Made by a program: the position numbers and the translations under genes. The notes beneath the pieces are model-generated. The model saw nothing but the letters and a program-made list of their open reading frames with translations, was not told where the DNA came from and made no database searches. From positions 1-18,934 of the forward strand of contig JBHIDV010000011.1 in assembly GCA_046760285.1 (NCBI GenBank): a stretch of 18,934 nt of DNA. Reading direction: 5' to 3'. Below are positions 13,463 to 18,934 of the stretch, in pieces. This DNA is from Sedimentisphaerales bacterium (GTDB taxonomy: Bacteria; Planctomycetota; Phycisphaerae; Sedimentisphaerales; Anaerobacaceae). Positions within the stretch are counted from its first letter, which is position 1. Every line of letters starts with the position of its first letter.

Positions 13463-14791
13463 ATGAAGGAGAAAAGTTTTGATGTGTTAGTAAAATCGTT
13501 GCTCATCGCAACCACGCTTTGGCTGTTAATGCCCTCAATTGTATGGGCCGCGCAGGACACTGATGCCCGGATAAAGAAATTTGAAGCGCAGCTTCAAGCC
13601 TTGCAAACAGAACTGGCAAAATTAAAACCTGATCTGGGCCCTTCCGATTTTCGCGTGTTCTGGAAAGAAGGGCTACGTTTTGAGAGCCAAGATGGAAATT
13701 TCAAACTAAAGTTTGGTGGCCGAATCCAGAACGACTGGATGTGGATAAGCGAAGACGATGACCTTAAGAGGGACGTAGTGGGCGGTAGCGCCTTAGGTGA
13801 CCAGCAAGATGGCACTGAGTTCAGGCGAGCTCGGTTTTACACCAGTGGCCTGATTTACAATAACGTAGAGTACAAGCTGCAATTTGATTTTGCTGGTGGA
13901 GACGCCGACTTAAAGGATGCCTACCTTGGTCTGACAGACTTTCCCATCGGAAAGCTCAGATTTGGTCACTTCAAAGAACCGTTTAGTCTTGAGGAGTTGA
14001 CCAGCAGCAAGTATATCACCTTCCTGGAGAGAGCTCTGCCGAACGTTTTTGCGCCGGGCCGTAACGCCGGTTTTATGCTTCATGGCACCGCCCTGGCCGC
14101 TTCTGACCCCCGGATGACCTGGGCTGCAGGTATATTTAGAGATACAGACGGCTACGGCGAGGGCCAGGATGATGGTGGGTATAACCTCACGGGTCGTGTG
14201 ACGGGGCTACCGTGGTACGAGGATAATGGGGCCTCCTTGCTGCATGTCGGTGTCGCCTATAGCCACCGAAATCCTAATAATGAAACCGTCAGTTTTGCTA
14301 CAGAACCCGAGGCACATTTGGCTGATGACTTTGTTAGTACAGGTTCGGTCGGAAGCGACCGTATAAACCTGGTGGGTCTCGAGGCCGCCTGCGTGGCAGG
14401 ACCTTTCTCTCTGCAGGGTGAATTTATACACTCTAATGTGGACTTGACTTCATCCAGCGCAGACTTAGACGGCTATTATGTCCAGGCCAGCTATTTCCTG
14501 ACCGGCGAACATCGCAAATATAAAACTTCGACCGGCACTTTTGACCGGGTAAAACCGAAAGAGAACTTTCTCTTTGGCGATGGTCCGGGTGCCTGGGAAC
14601 TTGCTGGGCGGTATTCAAACGTTGACCTTGACGATGGCACTATAAGCGGAGGTGAATTAGACAATGTGGCGTTAGGCTTGAATTGGTATCTGAATCCAAA
14701 TATGAGAATAATGTGGGACTACGTGCATTCTAGTAAAGACAATGTGGGCAACGCAGATATGCTTCTAATGCGGCTGCAGGTCGATTTCTAA
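13463..14791 (+). CDS. Phosphate-selective porin O/P (OprO/OprP) family outer-membrane porin
   Basis: Signal peptide with a VWA-AQ cleavage site, an N-terminal coiled-coil (KKFEAQLQALQTELAKLK) and a beta-rich body carrying the family motif FGHFKEPFSLEELTSSKYITFLERAL. SD GAAAGGAAG. Confidence 0.8.
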   Translation: MKEKSFDVLVKSLLIATTLWLLMPSIVWAAQDTDARIKKFEAQLQALQTELAKLKPDLGPSDFRVFWKEGLRFESQDGNFKLKFGGRIQNDWMWISEDDDLKRDVVGGSALGDQQDGTEFRRARFYTSGLIYNNVEYKLQFDFAGGDADLKDAYLGLTDFPIGKLRFGHFKEPFSLEELTSSKYITFLERALPNVFAPGRNAGFMLHGTALAASDPRMTWAAGIFRDTDGYGEGQDDGGYNLTGRVTGLPWYEDNGASLLHVGVAYSHRNPNNETVSFATEPEAHLADDFVSTGSVGSDRINLVGLEAACVAGPFSLQGEFIHSNVDLTSSSADLDGYYVQASYFLTGEHRKYKTSTGTFDRVKPKENFLFGDGPGAWELAGRYSNVDLDDGTISGGELDNVALGLNWYLNPNMRIMWDYVHSSKDNVGNADMLLMRLQVDF

Positions 14792-14865
14792 TATCTTGCG
14801 GTCTGGTTATGCCTATAATGTGCAAAACGAACTGACGCATCTCCTTAAAAATCTTTTTATATGTA

Positions 14866-14903
14866 GCACGTCCACAGTTTTCTACTGTGGGCGTGCTTTT
14901 TAT
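14866..14903. terminator. Rho-independent terminator hairpin between the convergent porin and flotillin genes
   Basis: gcacgtccacagt-tttct-actgtgggcgtgc is a 13-bp stem with one G.U pair, followed by TTTTTAT on the + strand. Confidence 0.6.
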
Positions 14904-14948
14904 CTATGCTTAACATTCCTGGCACGTGCAGAGCATCATGGTGGCGTT

Positions 14949-16229
14949 CTAAAGCTCTTTTCCTACTCTACTGTTATGCCTAACTGCCTCCGCTCTGGCT
15001 TGGAGGATCTCCGGGATGTCCAATCCCGTGGCGTTTTTAATCTGTTCCATAATTGCCACTATCGACCCGGTCACACCCCTTACAAATGTAGGTATACCGT
15101 CTCCGTTACCGCCATCTACAATAGTAAGTTTTTCGATAGATAAGTTATCAGAGACCACTCTGGTCATCTTATCAATAATGTCGGGTAGTTGTTGTAGCAG
15201 AAACAGTTCTCGTGTGTCTCCTTCCTGCCACTCTTGGCGCATAAGCCTGACTGCTTCAGCGGTTGCTTTTCCATCTTCAATGATTCTCGCTGCCTGCCCC
15301 ACGGCCCTTAACTGGTGCGCCTCTTTTTCGGCTTGAGCTGGTATCACTACTTCAGCTTGGTATCTCTTATCATTCAATTCAATCCTATATTCTTCCAGCA
15401 GCTTTTCTTCTTCGACCCTGGCAATCTCACCGGCTACTTTTGCTTTTGCTTCGGCCTGATTACTTATAGCAGCTAAATCAGCTTTCTTGACTCGCAGCTT
15501 ATTTTCAGCCTCCACCGTTATCATCTCAGCTTCGGCTTCAGCTATACTGCCAGCCTTTTTTGCCTCTGCAGCTACTTTCCTCGCTTGTGCCTCTGATTCA
15601 GCTTCGGCAATCTTTGCGTCCCGTTGAACTTCGGCATTTTTCTTTCGTCCAATCGCTTCTAAATACGCCTGAGTATCGGAGATGTCCTGAATCTTAAACG
15701 TATCTAACACTAACCCTAATCTTTTCAAATCATTGGCTGCCTCTTGCGTAACGTCTTGAGCGAATTGCAGCCGTCGCGTATTAGCTTCTTCGGGCGTTAA
15801 AGTAGCTAAAACACCTCGGAGACTGCCTTCCAAAGTTTCTCTGGCCACGCGAGATATTTCCTCTCGGGACTTGTCTAAGAATCTTTCCACGGCATTAAAC
15901 ATGCCTTCCTCTTCGGTTCCGGCAATCTTGATGTTGGCAATGCCTTTTAAATTGATGGGAATAATCCCTTTAGAAAGCGCGCCCGATAGGTCTATTTCTA
16001 TAGGCATCGTCTCCAGAGACATGCAACTGACCGACTCGACGATAGGAATCTTAAAAGCTCTACCTCCCTTTATGATGCGGTAGCCTACCTGCGTTCCATC
16101 TTTAAGTTTTCTTTTCCTGCCAGAAAAGATTAGTATCTCATTGGGCGGACAAATCCTCAGGTTACTCTTTATAAAGGCAAGCCCTACGAGTACCACAATT
16201 ACAACTGCTGTTATGTATATTGGCAACAT
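14949..16229 (-). CDS. Flotillin/SPFH (band 7) domain protein, YqiK-like
   Basis: N-terminal TM helix, then an SPFH domain, then a long Ala/Glu-rich coiled-coil (AEAESEAQARKVAAEAKK...). Start is placed at the internal ATG (MLPIYI...) because it is preceded by a perfect AAAGGAGG SD; the ORF track's longer frame (to 16259) would overlap this SD. Confidence 0.82.
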   Translation of the reverse strand: MLPIYITAVVIVVLVGLAFIKSNLRICPPNEILIFSGRKRKLKDGTQVGYRIIKGGRAFKIPIVESVSCMSLETMPIEIDLSGALSKGIIPINLKGIANIKIAGTEEEGMFNAVERFLDKSREEISRVARETLEGSLRGVLATLTPEEANTRRLQFAQDVTQEAANDLKRLGLVLDTFKIQDISDTQAYLEAIGRKKNAEVQRDAKIAEAESEAQARKVAAEAKKAGSIAEAEAEMITVEAENKLRVKKADLAAISNQAEAKAKVAGEIARVEEEKLLEEYRIELNDKRYQAEVVIPAQAEKEAHQLRAVGQAARIIEDGKATAEAVRLMRQEWQEGDTRELFLLQQLPDIIDKMTRVVSDNLSIEKLTIVDGGNGDGIPTFVRGVTGSIVAIMEQIKNATGLDIPEILQARAEAVRHNSRVGKEL

Positions 16230-16291
16230 TGCAACTACCTCCTTTCTAAACGAGGCCACTTACTATTTCAATATCTATATGGATGTGCTCA

Positions 16292-17707
16292 TTAAGTATC
16301 ATAATACAACGCAAACTCGGCGGGATGCGGTCGCAATCTTACTATGTCAATCTCTCTTTTTCGTTTATAATCTATCCACATCTTTATCAGGTCTTCGGTA
16401 AAGACATCTCCTTTCAACAAATATTCGTGGTCCCGTTCTAAAGCGTTGATTACCTCTTCTAAGGAGCCGGGTGTCGATTTAACTTTAGCCTTATCCTCTG
16501 GCCCTAATTCATACAAATCTTTGTCGATTGGCTCAGGCGGTTCGATTCTGTTGTCAATACCATCGATACCAGCCAGCAGCATAGCGGAGAAAGCAAGGTA
16601 AGGATTACAGGATGGGTCCGGCGGACGAAATTCTATCCTCTTGGTCTTCTCGTTCTCTGAATACATAGGAATTCTCACGCAGGCGCTGCGGTTTCTCTGC
16701 GAGTAAATGAGGTTGATAGGAGCTTCATATCCCGGCACCAGTCTTCTATATGAGTTAGTAGTAGGAGCACAAAAAGCTAAAAGACTTGCTGCATGACGGA
16801 TTAATCCGCCGATATAATATTCAGCCAGTCTGCTGACCTGTCCATAGCGGCCACGCTCATAGAATAGGTTTCGCCCATCCTTCCATAGACTCTGGTGCAC
16901 GTGCATTCCGGAACCATTGTCCATAAAGATGGGCTTGGGCATGAAGGTGACTGTCTTATTGTACCGACGTGCAACATTCTTAACCACGTATTTATACTTC
17001 ATGAGGCTGTCTGCCGTGCTTACGAGTGTATCATATTTCATGTCGATCTCTGCCTGGCCACCAGTGGCTACCTCGTGATGATGTAGCTCAGCTTCTATTC
17101 CAATATCTAACATTACTTTAACCATCTTAGACCGGAGGTTTTGGAAGCTATCCATAGGCGGAGCAGGGAAATATCCTTCTTTATATCTCGGCTTATACCC
17201 GAGATTGGGTTTTTCATCCTTACCTGAATTCCAAAAACCTTCCTGAGAGTCTATATAGTAGAAGCCTTGATTATAGGTTTGATCGAATCGCACATCATCG
17301 AAGATATAGAACTCCGCTTCCGGTCCAAAGTACGCCGTATCAGCGATGCCTGAGATCGACAGATACTTTTGCGCTTTCTGGGCAATACTTCGAGGGTCAC
17401 GTGAATATATCTTTAAGGTTATTGGGTCCTTGACGTTACAAATAAAGCTTAAAGTTACATCATCCATAAAAGGGTCGATAAAAGCTGTGTTCATATCGGG
17501 CTTTAGCAACATATCACTTTCATCGATGGACTGAAACCCCCTGATGGATGAGCCATCAAAACCTATTCCGTCAATAAACAATTCTTCAGAGAACTCCTTT
17601 ACCGGCAGAGTAAAATGTTGTAATAGACCAGGAAGATCAGTAAATTTTAGGTCTATAAACTCGACCTTTTTCTCCTTTATAAGTTTCACTAAATCTCTTA
17701 TAGCCAT
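16292..17707 (-). CDS. glnA: Glutamine synthetase type I
   Basis: The 471-aa protein has the GS catalytic motif [18 protein letters not shown] and an N-terminal beta-grasp. SD AAGAGG. Confidence 0.9.
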   Translation of the reverse strand: MAIRDLVKLIKEKKVEFIDLKFTDLPGLLQHFTLPVKEFSEELFIDGIGFDGSSIRGFQSIDESDMLLKPDMNTAFIDPFMDDVTLSFICNVKDPITLKIYSRDPRSIAQKAQKYLSISGIADTAYFGPEAEFYIFDDVRFDQTYNQGFYYIDSQEGFWNSGKDEKPNLGYKPRYKEGYFPAPPMDSFQNLRSKMVKVMLDIGIEAELHHHEVATGGQAEIDMKYDTLVSTADSLMKYKYVVKNVARRYNKTVTFMPKPIFMDNGSGMHVHQSLWKDGRNLFYERGRYGQVSRLAEYYIGGLIRHAASLLAFCAPTTNSYRRLVPGYEAPINLIYSQRNRSACVRIPMYSENEKTKRIEFRPPDPSCNPYLAFSAMLLAGIDGIDNRIEPPEPIDKDLYELGPEDKAKVKSTPGSLEEVINALERDHEYLLKGDVFTEDLIKMWIDYKRKREIDIVRLRPHPAEFALYYDT

Positions 17708-17722
17708 ATTTATTTACCTCTT

Positions 17723-18064
17723 TTATCCGATGGCCTTGCTGCCTCGCTCTCCGGTTCTTATCCTTATGCACTCAGGCAAATCTAAGATAAAGATTTTGCC
17801 ATCGCCGATTTGTCCTGTCCATGCGCCTTTGATAATGGCATCTATGGTCGGTTCAACAAAGTCTTCATTCACCGCGATTTCAAGTCTTACCTTCTTCAGT
17901 AAGTTCACTTCCTCTCTTACTCCTCGGTAGGTTTCGGTATAGCCCTTCTGCTCCCCACATCCTACAGCATTGGTAACTGTCATCTTATAGACCTGTGCGT
18001 CATAAAGAGTTTTTTTGACATCAGGCAATTTGTGAGGCTGAATCATTGCGATTATGAGTTTCAT
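17723..18064 (-). CDS. glnK: Nitrogen regulatory protein P-II (GlnK/GlnB)
   Basis: The 113-aa protein has a T-loop [12 protein letters not shown] and sits directly downstream of amtB. SD AGGATGA. Confidence 0.88.
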   Translation of the reverse strand: MKLIIAMIQPHKLPDVKKTLYDAQVYKMTVTNAVGCGEQKGYTETYRGVREEVNLLKKVRLEIAVNEDFVEPTIDAIIKGAWTGQIGDGKIFILDLPECIRIRTGERGSKAIG

Positions 18065-18091
18065 TTTCTCATCCTTTTACCGAAGTTCAAA

Positions 18092-18934
18092 TTATTGCGT
18101 AGTAAATATCTGGAACCCAGCGTAAGATTCCATGCCGTGCTCACCAACGTCAAGTCCGCGCAATTCTTCTTCTCTGTCCACCCTCAGACCTACCAGATTC
18201 TTAATAACATAGAACAGGACAAATCCTGCACCCATACACCAGACAAACACCGAAACTACCCCTAAGACTTGTGCGCCGAGCAACTTGGCGCCACCACCAA
18301 AGAGCAAACCATTGCCGGTAGTGCCCGGAGAAAAGACGTCCTGGGCAAACAGTCCCACAGAAAGTGTTCCCCAGACCCCACAGGCTGCATGAGCAGAAAT
18401 CGCACCTACGGGGTCATCTATGTGGAGCACCTGATCAAAGAAAACCACTGACAAGACTACTAAGACCCCTGCCACCAGCCCAATCAACACAGCGCTTGCT
18501 AACGACACGAATGCACAAGGCGCGGTTATAGCTACCAATCCTGCGATAGCTCCGTTAAGTGCCATACTGGTATCTGGTTTCTTAAACATCTTCCAAGCGG
18601 TAAGCATCGCTGCTACTGCCCCTGCCGCAGCAGCAATATTGGTAGCTGCGGCGATGTGGGCGATGTCCGGCACCGCTCCCATCGTACTTCCAGGGTTGAA
18701 TCCGAACCAACCGAACCATAGGATAAATACACCGATGGTAGCCAGAGGGATACTATGTCCAGGAATGGCGTTAGACGAACCGTCAGGATTGTATTTGCCA
18801 ATTCTCGGACCCAGCATCACTGCCCCTGTAAGTGCCAGCCAGCCACCTACAGAATGGACCACTGTGGAACCCGCAAAATCCCACATGCCTATTTCTGCTA
18901 ACCAACCACCACCCCATATCCAATGGCCTACTAC
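18092..18934 (-). CDS. amtB: Ammonium transporter AmtB, N-terminus beyond window edge
   Basis: The frame stays open to the window end. It translates ...VVGHWIWGGGWLAEIGMWDFAGSTVVHSVGGWLALTG..., which holds the AmtB signature, followed by multiple TM helices. Confidence 0.85.
   Translation of the reverse strand, partial: VVGHWIWGGGWLAEIGMWDFAGSTVVHSVGGWLALTGAVMLGPRIGKYNPDGSSNAIPGHSIPLATIGVFILWFGWFGFNPGSTMGAVPDIAHIAAATNIAAAAGAVAAMLTAWKMFKKPDTSMALNGAIAGLVAITAPCAFVSLASAVLIGLVAGVLVVLSVVFFDQVLHIDDPVGAISAHAACGVWGTLSVGLFAQDVFSPGTTGNGLLFGGGAKLLGAQVLGVVSVFVWCMGAGFVLFYVIKNLVGLRVDREEELRGLDVGEHGMESYAGFQIFTTQ

Noticed and set aside
13417-13482. Small ORFs (8-21 codons) in the porin leader, including one after the orphan SD
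   Set aside because: They are too short, with out-of-range spacing from the SD, and cannot be supported as genes from sequence alone. They are kept only as part of the leader-region observation.
14796-15143. + strand 115-aa ORF overlapping the 3' end of the flotillin gene
   Set aside because: It overlaps a strongly supported minus-strand SPFH CDS and the intergenic terminator hairpin, and it has no RBS or homology signal.

Overview
The window appears to be a Gram-negative (diderm) bacterial chromosome segment with about 50% GC.

Positions ~557-13245 hold one long co-directional + strand gene string with overlapping stop/start codons, so it reads as a single operon:
- a polytopic sensor histidine kinase;
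- a pair of peptidase-U32-family proteins whose conserved Cys spacings match the O2-independent hydroxylase partners UbiU and UbiV, the second fused in frame to a C-terminal SCP2 lipid-binding domain (UbiT-like);
- a three-subunit periplasmic molybdopterin oxidoreductase in B-C-A order, as in Ttr, Srd and Psr: a Tat-signal four-cluster ferredoxin, an NrfD/PsrC membrane anchor and an 845-aa Tat-signal catalytic subunit;
- a TorD/DmsD-type maturation chaperone;
- a stand-alone CheY-type receiver;
- a HEAT-repeat plus FGE-sulfatase-domain protein;
- the Moco biosynthesis genes moeA and moaA.

Downstream lie an OprO/OprP-family porin on +, then on the minus strand a flotillin/SPFH gene and an amtB-glnK-glnA nitrogen assimilation cluster. 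A class I SAM methyltransferase is cut off at the 5' edge of the window.

Two kinds of structured repeats sit inside coding sequence without breaking frame:
1. A family of 36-nt GC-rich palindromes (GGGWYCCCAGCSGC-loop-GCSGCTGGGRWCCC), each flanked by identical 3-nt direct repeats. It occurs in four or more copies: inside the UbiU-like gene, in the NrfD-to-catalytic-subunit intergenic region, inside the TorD-like gene, and as a nested 71-nt version just before the receiver gene.
2. A ~155-nt array of tandem CAGAAGT-like heptamers followed by their inverted complement. It forms the linker between the UbiV-like and SCP2 domains.

The linkage of a UbiUV/T-like anaerobic hydroxylase module to a membrane-bound Mo-bisPGD enzyme, together with an FGE-like protein, looks like an undescribed functional unit.
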